Under the pieces are notes generated by a model that did no database searches, had not been told where the DNA came from, and saw only the letters and a program-made list of their open reading frames with translations. A DNA stretch of 64,000 nucleotides from Candidatus Latescibacterota bacterium (GTDB taxonomy: Bacteria; Latescibacterota; UBA2968; UBA8231), in the NCBI GenBank assembly GCA_965248355.1, contig OZ252098.1, positions 3,008,001-3,072,000 of the forward strand, read 5' to 3'. Numbering within the stretch: position 1 is the stretch's first letter; the number at the start of each line of letters is the position of its first letter. Made by a program: the position numbers and the translations under genes. Below are positions 19,031 through 27,232 of this stretch, one piece after another.

Positions 19031-20212
19031 TCAATCGGCGGCGGCCCGCAAGTACCCGAGCTGCCAGCGGGCGACCTCGTCCTCCGGGTCCAGCTCGAGG
19101 ACCTGGCCGTAGCGGCGGGCGGCGCCCTCGGCGTCGCCCTTCATCCGCAACAGGTTCGCCAGGCCGTGGAGCAGGTCCTTGCGGGGCGGCAGCCGCTCCT
19201 CCAGGGCCAGCAGCTGCAGCTCGGTGTCCACGAGGTAGTCGGGCAGGTGCGGCCGGCCGCCGCTGCCCGCGAGGCGGCCCATCGTGCGCGCCACGGCGCC
19301 GCCCAGGCCGCCGCCACCGCCCACACCGCCGCCGCCCGGTGAGAGGTTGGCCTCCATGCGCTCCACCCCCCGGCCGGCGCAGCGCAGGAAGGCCTCGGCC
19401 GCCTCCTCGGCCCGCCCCAGCTCGAGGAGCACGGCGGCGCGATTGTAGTGCACGGCGGGATTGCCGGCGTCGGTCTCGGCCAGCTCGTCGTACACGGCCA
19501 GCTCGCCGGGGCGGTCCCCGGCCTCGTCGCGTTCCCGCGCCAGCCGGTGGAGGCGCCGCACCGAACGCCGTCCGGTGCCGGTGGCTTCCATGGCCTCGTC
19601 GCGGCGCTCGGGGGGCACCAGCAGGGAGGTGGTGGGATCGCCCTCCGGGGTGAAGGGGGGCCCGCGCAGCACGTGGGGGATCCCGGCTTCGGCGAGCCGG
19701 TCCGCCAGGGCCCGCACGTCGTCGGCCTCCTCGCTGCGGACCACGGTCTCCCAGTCGTCGAGGTGATGGCCCTCGCCCGCCTGGTCCCGCCAGTCCCGCA
19801 AGGCCAGGAAGGTTTGCAGCAGCGCCCGCGCCGGCTCGGTGCCCTCCACCAGGTAGGACAGACCGTAGCTCTCCTCCTCGTAGTTGTGGGCGACCCAGCC
19901 CCAGGCCTCGCGCTGCAGGAGCAGGGTATCGCCGAGGCAGTCGGTGAAGGCGGCCACCGCGCCGCGGGGGACCTCGTCGTTGACGAGGGCCGCGGCTTCG
20001 GCCACGGTGACAGTGGTCTCCCGGTCGCGGCCGAGGCGCACGGAGACGCGGTCCACCACCGCCTCCACGGTGAGCCCGCGGCGGTCCAGCTCGCGGCCGG
20101 CCTCGTCGATGAGGGCGGCCGAGTTGGTCTCGCGGTCGACGGTGAGGGCGCGCACGAGGCCGGCGTCGTCGAGGCCGGCGCAGTGCTCGCGGATGGCGTG
20201 GCGGTCTTCCAT
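19031..20212 (-). CDS. Tetratricopeptide repeat protein
   Basis: C-terminal TPRs (VHYNRAAVLLELGRAEEA; LHGLANLLRMKGDAEGA). N-terminal region not recognised. Confidence 0.7.
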   Translation of the reverse strand: MEDRHAIREHCAGLDDAGLVRALTVDRETNSAALIDEAGRELDRRGLTVEAVVDRVSVRLGRDRETTVTVAEAAALVNDEVPRGAVAAFTDCLGDTLLLQREAWGWVAHNYEEESYGLSYLVEGTEPARALLQTFLALRDWRDQAGEGHHLDDWETVVRSEEADDVRALADRLAEAGIPHVLRGPPFTPEGDPTTSLLVPPERRDEAMEATGTGRRSVRRLHRLARERDEAGDRPGELAVYDELAETDAGNPAVHYNRAAVLLELGRAEEAAEAFLRCAGRGVERMEANLSPGGGGVGGGGGLGGAVARTMGRLAGSGGRPHLPDYLVDTELQLLALEERLPPRKDLLHGLANLLRMKGDAEGAARRYGQVLELDPEDEVARWQLGYLRAAAD

Positions 20213-20216
20213 CGCG

Positions 20217-20387
20217 CTACAGGGGCAGGCGGCGGCGGGGCCGGGGCTCGGCGGCGGCCTTGCCGCGGAAGAGGCCGACGACCCGGCTGGCCGCCCACCA
20301 GATGAGGACGAAGAGAGCGGCGAGGCTGTACTCGAAGGCGTCGGACTGGATCCAGCGGGAGAGCTGCCGGTAGAGGTCTTCGAGCAC
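20217..20387 (-). CDS. Small single-pass membrane protein, 56 aa (below the ORF-track cutoff)
   Basis: MLEDLYRQLSRWIQSDAFEYSLAALFVLIWWAASRVVGLFRGK... It fills the gap between two co-oriented genes and has host codon usage. Confidence 0.6.
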   Translation of the reverse strand: MLEDLYRQLSRWIQSDAFEYSLAALFVLIWWAASRVVGLFRGKAAAEPRPRRRLPL

Positions 20388-20396
20388 GGCGTCGGC

Positions 20397-22043
20397 TCAG
20401 GCGGCGCGGGCGGAGGTGAACCCGGAGAGCAGCCGCACCAGGGACGGCTCCGGGGTGCCGCGGCCGGCGCGCAGCCGGTCGAGGGGGGTGTGGCCGCGGC
20501 GGTCCGTGCGCCCGGCGTCGGCGCCCTCCAACAGCAGGAAGGCCACCAGGTCGGGGTCGCGCCGGGCCGCCGCCCGGTGCAGGACCGTGGCCCCCGAGCC
20601 GCCGGCGGCGTCGATGTCGGCGCCGGCCTCCAGCAGCAGCTGCATGGCGGCGATCACGTCGGCGCCGCGGCCGCCCTTGAGGGTGTGGTGCAGGGGGGTC
20701 TCGCCCAGGCGGTCGCGGGCGTCGACGCGGGCCCCGCGGTGGAGGAAGAGCGCCATCGTTTCGAGGAACCCGGCCTTGGCCGCCGCGTGCAGTGGACACC
20801 GTCCGTCGGCCTGCGGCGCGTTGACGTGGGCGCCGAAGTCGAGGAAAGCCCGGGCGAGGGCCGCGCCGCCGCTGCGGCTGCGGCTGCGGATGTCGGCGGA
20901 GCAGGAGAGGCGCACCCAGCGCGAGTGCGCGAGGTTGGCGGCGCTCGCGGCCAGCAGGTCCGCGAGGGTGGGTTCGACGACCCAGGGGCCGGGGATCACC
21001 TGGGCCGGGTCGGCGCCGTGATCGAGCAGGAGCCTCACCAGGTCGACACGCTTCAGGCGGGCGGCGCGGTCGAGGAGGCCGCGGCTGTGGGGGCGCACCT
21101 CGGCGCCGCGGGCCAGGAGCAGCTCCACGGCCCCGATGCGGCCGGCGCCCACGGCGTGGGCCAGCGGCGTTACCGGCCATACGTCTTCGGCGCGCTGGGT
21201 CTCGTGGACGCGGGCGGGATCCGCGTCCACGAGGCGGCCCAGCTCCTCCAGATCTCCGAGGAAGGCGGCGGTGAAGACGTCCACCCGGGCGCCGCGGTCT
21301 CGCAGCAGGTCCGCCGTCTCCGGGTGGCCCCGCCAGAGGGCGGCGCACAGGGGGGTCAGCATCAGGTCGGCGCCCACGGCGTCGAGGCGGGAGGCCGTGG
21401 AGCTGAGGCCCGGCTCGCAGGGGTCGGCGCCGCGGTCGAGGAGAAAGCGGGCGATCTCCAGCCGTCCGCGCCAAGCCGCCTCCCACAGCAGGGTGCGGCC
21501 CCCCGGACCGCTCACCCGGGGCAGCAGGGGGTCGTCCTCGAGGAGGGCGCGCAGGCCCGGCAGATCGCCGGCGGAGATGCGGGCCACGGGCTCGCGGAAG
21601 AGCCTGCTGCGCACGCAGCGCAGGTCGCGCGGCATCAGGGGCCGGCGCTCCTCATGGTCGTTGACCACGTGCCCTGCCAGACGCCGGAGGGCGGCCATCA
21701 CCTCGGCGGCGGCCGGGGCGCCCACCTGCCGCAGGGCCCCCTCGAAGTGCTCCAGCCAGCGCCCGGAGAGGCCCGGGGTGATGAAGAGGTGGCCGTGGAA
21801 GCGGCGCATGCCGGTGCGGGCGGTCCGGGAGTAGCCCGGCGGACCGCCCAGCCACTCGACGAAGAACTCCTTCACCCGCTCCCGTCCGCGGTTGAGGTGG
21901 AACTCGTGGAAGAGCGGCTTCAGCTCCTCGTCGCCGGCGATGGAATCGTAGAAGGCGTCGATCAGGCGGTGCACGCCTTCCGGGCCGCCGAGACGGCCCA
22001 GCAGCGACGGGTCGGGGTGGAAGGGGGTCCGGGGGGCGGGCAC
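20397..22043 (-). CDS. Group II truncated hemoglobin fused to ankyrin repeats
   Basis: LGGPEGVHRLIDAFY...EWLGGPPGY...MRRFH...RWLEHF globin region, then ankyrin units (TPLCAALWRGH, TPLAHAVGAG, PLHAAAKAG, TPLHH, TVLHRAAAR). GTG at 22043 chosen by eye. Confidence 0.8.
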   Translation of the reverse strand: MPAPRTPFHPDPSLLGRLGGPEGVHRLIDAFYDSIAGDEELKPLFHEFHLNRGRERVKEFFVEWLGGPPGYSRTARTGMRRFHGHLFITPGLSGRWLEHFEGALRQVGAPAAAEVMAALRRLAGHVVNDHEERRPLMPRDLRCVRSRLFREPVARISAGDLPGLRALLEDDPLLPRVSGPGGRTLLWEAAWRGRLEIARFLLDRGADPCEPGLSSTASRLDAVGADLMLTPLCAALWRGHPETADLLRDRGARVDVFTAAFLGDLEELGRLVDADPARVHETQRAEDVWPVTPLAHAVGAGRIGAVELLLARGAEVRPHSRGLLDRAARLKRVDLVRLLLDHGADPAQVIPGPWVVEPTLADLLAASAANLAHSRWVRLSCSADIRSRSRSGGAALARAFLDFGAHVNAPQADGRCPLHAAAKAGFLETMALFLHRGARVDARDRLGETPLHHTLKGGRGADVIAAMQLLLEAGADIDAAGGSGATVLHRAAARRDPDLVAFLLLEGADAGRTDRRGHTPLDRLRAGRGTPEPSLVRLLSGFTSARAA

Positions 22044-22045
22044 GT

Positions 22046-22972
22046 TCAGTCGCGGCGCAGCCACAGGCGAACGTAGTGGCGCCGGTCGGCTGCTTCCGGG
22101 TGATCGGTGAAGGCCGTGCGGTTGTGGAGGATCCAGTGGTTGTTGGTGAACAGCATCTGTCCCGGACGCAGGTCGAACTCGACGCGCATCCCGGGCCGCG
22201 CCAGGACCTCCTCCACGGCCTCGAGGAGGCGGTCCTGGGCGGGGCCCAGGGGCTCGCCGGCGCGCTGTTGGCCGACCTCGATGTAGTAGGCCATGTAGCG
22301 CATGGAGAGGTCGCCGCCCTGCCGGGTGAAGAGCCGCCGGCGGGCGATGGGCGGCTCCCCCGGCCGCTCCTGGCCGCGGCGGTCGAACCAGAAGTCGCCG
22401 TGCAGGACCTCGGGATCGACGGCAGCCAGGACCTCGTTGTAGAGAGCCAGGGCGTTGATCAGCTGGCTCCGTCCCCCCTCGAGGGCGGCGCGCCGGCAGA
22501 GGAGCCCCACGAAGTCGGGCAGCTCGTCGTTGAAGGCGTTGTCGGTGTGGAAGGTGCTCTCGGCGCGGGTCACGGAGAACCGGGCCCCGTCGGCCACGGA
22601 GCGGCCGGTGTCGCGCACGTCGTAGAGCAGGGCGCCGCCCACGTCCTGGGCGAAGGGGCGGCCCAGGAGCCGGCCCAGGGCCCAGTAGGCGGCCACGGCG
22701 GCGCCGCCGAAGCGGGACTCGTCGAGAGGCTCCAGGATGGCGAACCCCCGGCCCCGGTCCAGCTCCTCGCGCACCGGGTCCAGCTGCCGCGCGCAGGACG
22801 GCAGCCGGGGGCGGTCGAGGCTCGGCGAGTCCATGTCCTCGCCGCCGGAGAGGGCTTCCAGCTCTTCGAGGGACTCGCCGCCGAGGACGGTGGTCCAGGT
22901 CGAGGCGTCGTCGGCGGTGGCCGCGGTCCACACCCGCCGGCCGAGGATCGGCTCCATGGTCAGGCTCTGCAT
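22046..22972 (-). CDS. TauD/TfdA family (clavaminate synthase-like) dioxygenase
   Basis: FHTD, NNHWILHNRTAF, RHYVRLWL. Confidence 0.85.
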   Translation of the reverse strand: MQSLTMEPILGRRVWTAATADDASTWTTVLGGESLEELEALSGGEDMDSPSLDRPRLPSCARQLDPVREELDRGRGFAILEPLDESRFGGAAVAAYWALGRLLGRPFAQDVGGALLYDVRDTGRSVADGARFSVTRAESTFHTDNAFNDELPDFVGLLCRRAALEGGRSQLINALALYNEVLAAVDPEVLHGDFWFDRRGQERPGEPPIARRRLFTRQGGDLSMRYMAYYIEVGQQRAGEPLGPAQDRLLEAVEEVLARPGMRVEFDLRPGQMLFTNNHWILHNRTAFTDHPEAADRRHYVRLWLRRD

Positions 22973-23120
22973 GGCGGGAAAAGATAGGGCCCCGCGGAAC
23001 CCGGCTCACACCTCTCCCGGTGGTGCGCCGCTCCCGGTGGTCGCTATCTTTGCCGCGTCATCGGGGGAGATCCGGGCGGTGACGACGGCGATACACAGTC
23101 CACTCCAACCGAGCCGGCCA

Positions 23121-24242
23121 GTGAACGACGAACTCGAGCGCGACCATGGCGCCGCCCCCCGGGACCTCCTGCGCCCCGAGGTTCTGGCGGCCTTCGACCG
23201 CGAGTCTTTCGAGCGCCAGGGCTACTGGGTCTGGGACGGGGTCCTCACCGGCGAGGGCCTCCGCCGATGGACGGCCACCCTGCAGCGGCTCCAGGCGATG
23301 AACGACGCCGTCCTCACCGGCACCGACTGGGGGGCCATCGACTACGCCGCCCGCGGCCTCCCTGCGCCCGATCCGGAGGTCCATACCCCCGAGTTCCTGG
23401 CCACCTGCCGCGGCGGCTCCGAGCAGATGCGGGTCATCCAGACGACCCCCGGCCTGCGCGACTACATGAAGGACCACGGACTCTTCGGGTCCGGGACCGT
23501 CCCGGCGGCCGACGGCGCCGGGTGGGAGGGGGTCATGCCCGAGTACTTCGCCCCCGCCTACGACGACTTCATCCTCGACGTCACCACTACCCACCCGCAG
23601 ATGATGGAGGTCTTCGGCAAGCTCCTGGGGCCGCGGTTCCTGCTGGATCACATCCTGATGCTGAACCGCCCGCCGGGGTCGACGGGCCGGCGCTGGCACG
23701 CCCACGGCTACCGCCAGGGCCAGCACGAGACCGAGGACGTCTACGGCGGCGGCAACGACCGCCCCCCGAAGCCCGAGTACTTCCCGATCCAGTGCGTGCG
23801 CACCCTGTGCTATCCCGAGGGCATGGGCGCCGCCGACGGAGGCGGCGAGCTGGCCGTGGTCCCCGGCGCCCACCTCTACCGCAGCCCCTACCTGTGGAAC
23901 ACCCGGCGCAGCGAGTACGACGAGCAGTTCGAGGCCGGCTGGATGCGGGGCCGGGTCCACGCCTTCACCGGGGAGCCCCTGCGCATCGAGCCCCTCTCCC
24001 TGAATCCGGGCAGCATGGTCTCCTTCGTCCATCACATGCCCCACCGCGTCGGCTTCCGCGACGACGACGCCCCCACCCGCTGGGGGCTGCTGATGGCCTA
24101 CCGCACGCCGGACCCGGATGAGGCGGAGCCGGCGCCCTGGAACGAGGGCGTCCCGGCCCACTGGATCGAGCGTTGGGAGGCCGCGGGGCGGATCACGGAA
24201 CCGATGCGCCGGGTCTTCGAGGGCGACAACCCGCCGGCCTGA
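23121..24242 (+). CDS. Phytanoyl-CoA dioxygenase (PhyH)-like protein
   Basis: FERQGYWVWDGVL, WHAH, GELAVVPGAH, HHMPHR. Start uncertain. Confidence 0.7.
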   Translation: MNDELERDHGAAPRDLLRPEVLAAFDRESFERQGYWVWDGVLTGEGLRRWTATLQRLQAMNDAVLTGTDWGAIDYAARGLPAPDPEVHTPEFLATCRGGSEQMRVIQTTPGLRDYMKDHGLFGSGTVPAADGAGWEGVMPEYFAPAYDDFILDVTTTHPQMMEVFGKLLGPRFLLDHILMLNRPPGSTGRRWHAHGYRQGQHETEDVYGGGNDRPPKPEYFPIQCVRTLCYPEGMGAADGGGELAVVPGAHLYRSPYLWNTRRSEYDEQFEAGWMRGRVHAFTGEPLRIEPLSLNPGSMVSFVHHMPHRVGFRDDDAPTRWGLLMAYRTPDPDEAEPAPWNEGVPAHWIERWEAAGRITEPMRRVFEGDNPPA

Positions 24243-24290
24243 TCGGCGCCGCCGGCGCCGGCAGGGTCGGCCTACTCAGGAGCGAGAACG

Positions 24291-25160
24291 ATGGACACTT
24301 CCTTCACCAATTCGAAAGAGAGCCTCCCCGGGGCCCGCCGCGACGAGCGCGACTACGCCGGCCTGACGCGGGCCGAGCAGATCCGCGCCATCGAGCTGGA
24401 GGGCTACGTGGTGGTGCCCGACCTGCTGTCGCCGGAGACGGTGGAGACCCTGCGCCAGGAGTTTTCCCGGCTGCCGACCCGCGGCGTCGACTACAGCCCC
24501 CACCAGCGCGGCAGCCGCGAGGTCCAGTGGACGGACTCGCCCACGGCGATCGAGACGATCGGCCATCCGCCGACGGTGGAGCTGCTGCGCGACCTCTTCG
24601 GCGACGACCTGATCTGCACCTCCTGCGGGTTCTCGATGTCGGAGCCCGGACATCCGGGCATCGCCGTGCACACCGACTCCCAGCCCTACGGCTCCGGGAT
24701 CTTCGGCGTGCAGTCGAGCGCGCCCGTGCTGGCGCGGGTCCTCTACTACCTGGACGACCAGACCCCGGAGCGCTCCCCCTTCAAGGCGATCCCGCGCTCC
24801 CACCTGTCCATGCACCGCAACGCCAACCCCTACCTGCGCTACCTGAGCCACCCCGAGGAGGTGATGGTCTGCTGCAAGGCGGGCTCGGCGGTGATCATCA
24901 ACCAGAAGCTGTTCCACGGGAACTACCCCAACCACTCCGACTCGGTGCGCCGCATGTTCGCCATCGCCTACCGCCCGGCCTGGGCCGGCCCCATCGGCGA
25001 GGTGGATGACTATGACCCGGCCCAGGTGGCCACCCTGCCGGAGCCCATCCAGCCCTTCTTCCGCAGCCTGAACACGCGCGAGATCGAGTTCGACCTGCCC
25101 AACCGCCCCGACGGCATGGCCCGTGAGGCGGCCGGCATCGGCCCGAGCCGCTGGGGTTGA
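24291..25160 (+). CDS. Phytanoyl-CoA dioxygenase (PhyH) family protein
   Basis: LEGYVVVPDLL, HTD, IPRSH, LFHGNYPN. Confidence 0.85.
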   Translation: MDTSFTNSKESLPGARRDERDYAGLTRAEQIRAIELEGYVVVPDLLSPETVETLRQEFSRLPTRGVDYSPHQRGSREVQWTDSPTAIETIGHPPTVELLRDLFGDDLICTSCGFSMSEPGHPGIAVHTDSQPYGSGIFGVQSSAPVLARVLYYLDDQTPERSPFKAIPRSHLSMHRNANPYLRYLSHPEEVMVCCKAGSAVIINQKLFHGNYPNHSDSVRRMFAIAYRPAWAGPIGEVDDYDPAQVATLPEPIQPFFRSLNTREIEFDLPNRPDGMAREAAGIGPSRWG

Positions 25161-25174
25161 TAGTTGTCGCGCGC

Positions 25175-26038
25175 GTGATCAAGTGGATCAACCTGCTGTT
25201 GGTCTGTGTCCTGTCCGTGCAGGCCAGCCTCGCCCAGGACAGCGGGGAGACCCGCGCCGACTCGCTGGTGTCCATCTCCCTGGCTGATGGCACCCTGATC
25301 GAGGGCACCATCATCGAGGAAACGGAGACGCACGTCCTCGTCCGGACGCCGGCCGGCCTGGAAGTAAGGGTGCCGAGAACGTCCATCGTCGCCATGGAAG
25401 AGCGCCGCCCCGGCGCCTTCTCCCGTCCCGACCCGAACTACACCCGCCTGATGTTCGCACCTACCGGCCGGCCCTTGCGCCAGGGGGACGGTTACTTCTT
25501 CAGCCATTGGGTCATCTTCCCCGGGGTGGCCTACGGTTTCAACGACCGCCTTGGCGTGGCGGCAGGTCTGTCGGTGATCCCCGGGGTGGGGTTGGACGAG
25601 CAGATCCTGTCGCTGGCCCCCAAAGTCGGCCTCTACGACAGCGACGATACCGCCCTGTCCGCGGGGGTGCTCTATTTGCGTGTCCGCGGCGATGCTGCAG
25701 GCATGGCGTTTGTGGCAGGGACCAAGGGCAGCCCCGACAAGAGCTTCACCTGCGGCCTCGGCCTGGGCTACATCGCCGAGGAAGACGAGGCCGTGGATTT
25801 CGCCGAGCACCCGGTCCTCCTCCTCGGCGGCAATATCCGACTCTCCGAGACCATGGCCCTGGTCTCCGAGAACTGGATCATCACCGGCCAGGATCGCGGG
25901 CTTGGCGAACAGCCGCTGGGCATCGCCCTGCGCTTCCTCGGCTCCAGGATCGCTGTTGACGCAGGTGCCATCCTCCTCCTCGAGGAGGAGGGATTTCCCT
26001 TCCCATGGCTCTCTTTCGTCTACAACTTCGGCGACTGA
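25175..26038 (+). CDS. Secreted or outer-membrane hypothetical protein
   Basis: Signal-peptide-like N-terminus, amphipathic beta-strand pattern, aromatic C-terminus (WLSFVYNFGD). Confidence 0.65.
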   Translation: MIKWINLLLVCVLSVQASLAQDSGETRADSLVSISLADGTLIEGTIIEETETHVLVRTPAGLEVRVPRTSIVAMEERRPGAFSRPDPNYTRLMFAPTGRPLRQGDGYFFSHWVIFPGVAYGFNDRLGVAAGLSVIPGVGLDEQILSLAPKVGLYDSDDTALSAGVLYLRVRGDAAGMAFVAGTKGSPDKSFTCGLGLGYIAEEDEAVDFAEHPVLLLGGNIRLSETMALVSENWIITGQDRGLGEQPLGIALRFLGSRIAVDAGAILLLEEEGFPFPWLSFVYNFGD

Positions 26039-26073
26039 GCCACTCTGAGGGAACATGCTCCACAAGGCCGCCC

Positions 26074-26828
26074 TCAGCCGACGACCGGCCAGGCGCCCCG
26101 GATGCTGCCCTCGTGCCGCACCAGATCCGGGAAGCGGTCCGACCGCGGATCGGGCGTCACCGGCCTCTGTCCATCGAGATAGAGCATGCCCACCTCCCCG
26201 GGAGGCAGGGCCTCCACCAGTTCCCGGGCCTCTTCGAGGGCCTTGAGCCACGTTCTCTTGAGGGACCTCAGATCCAGGGGTTTTCGCAGGCTGAGACGAT
26301 CGACGTCGGCCTGCGAGTAGGCCGCGTGGCGCGCCGCCTGCTCGAGCAGGAATCCGGGCGTGAACCCCGGGTCCTTTCCGCAGGCCGCCCAGGCCAGGCA
26401 GCCGAGGTGCAGGTAGGAGTCGTGGAGGTGAAGGATGTCGACGTAGTCGCGGACCTCCTGCCGCCCCGCCAGTGCCAGAACCTTGTTCACCGCGGCGTCG
26501 GCATGGTGCAGGCGGTACCCGCGGAAGGAGCTGTCCTGCGCCCACTCGATCCGCAGCTGCTCCCCTTCCCCCGACAGGACCGCCCGGTAGAAGGCCGGGG
26601 TCGCAGAAGCCAAGTCAGCTCGAAACCCGCGTCGCGCAAGGTGGCGGCGTCCGTTTCCGCGCACAGGGCCACGCTGTCGGCGAGATCGTGAAAGAGATCG
26701 AGATCCTGGGAGAAGCGGGGCGTATCCCGTTTTCGATGGAGGACCGTTGCGCCGGCCAGGTAGCTGTCCGGACTGCGGTTCGCGGCGATGGTCCTGAGCG
26801 CCCGCGCCTGAATCGAGGTCAGCGGCAC
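26074..26828 (-). pseudogene. AbiEii-like nucleotidyltransferase toxin, frameshifted near 26603
   Basis: N-terminal frame has YLAGATVLH...RFSQDLDLF. It continues in another frame as TPAFYRA...AVNKVLALAGRQEVRDYVD. Confidence 0.7.
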
Positions 26829-27094
26829 AGTCTGGCTGCGAGGAGGAACCCCCGGCGGCCTCCGTGCTGCCGCAGACCGCGGGCCACCTCCGGTACGTCC
26901 TGCAAGGTGATCTCCATATCGGATGGCATGTACCAGAAGCATTGGGCGTGGAAGTCGCGGAATGCGCGGCGGGCTTCGCGGACCCGCACCATGTCGAGGG
27001 CGTCCTCCCTGGACAGGTGCCGGCGGCTCTTCCTGCCGCCCTTGCGCCCGATCTCCGACAACCAGGCGCTTACGTTTGCTGGAGGGCTATCCAT
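26819..27094 (-). CDS. Small putative antitoxin with a KGG-like motif
   Basis: SEIGRKGGRKS. Overlaps the start of the NTase gene. Confidence 0.65.
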   Translation of the reverse strand: MDSPPANVSAWLSEIGRKGGRKSRRHLSREDALDMVRVREARRAFRDFHAQCFWYMPSDMEITLQDVPEVARGLRQHGGRRGFLLAARLCR

Positions 27095-27232
27095 TTTCTC
27101 CCGCGGGGCGTGTATCGTAAGCTGCTTACGTTAAGCACGCCCAGAACGGCCCTGTCCGCAAGTGCCTGCCGGGTGCCCGCGCCGGAGCCGGGTCGCGGCT
27201 GACTTCCCGCCCGGCCGCCGCGCCTCTTATGA

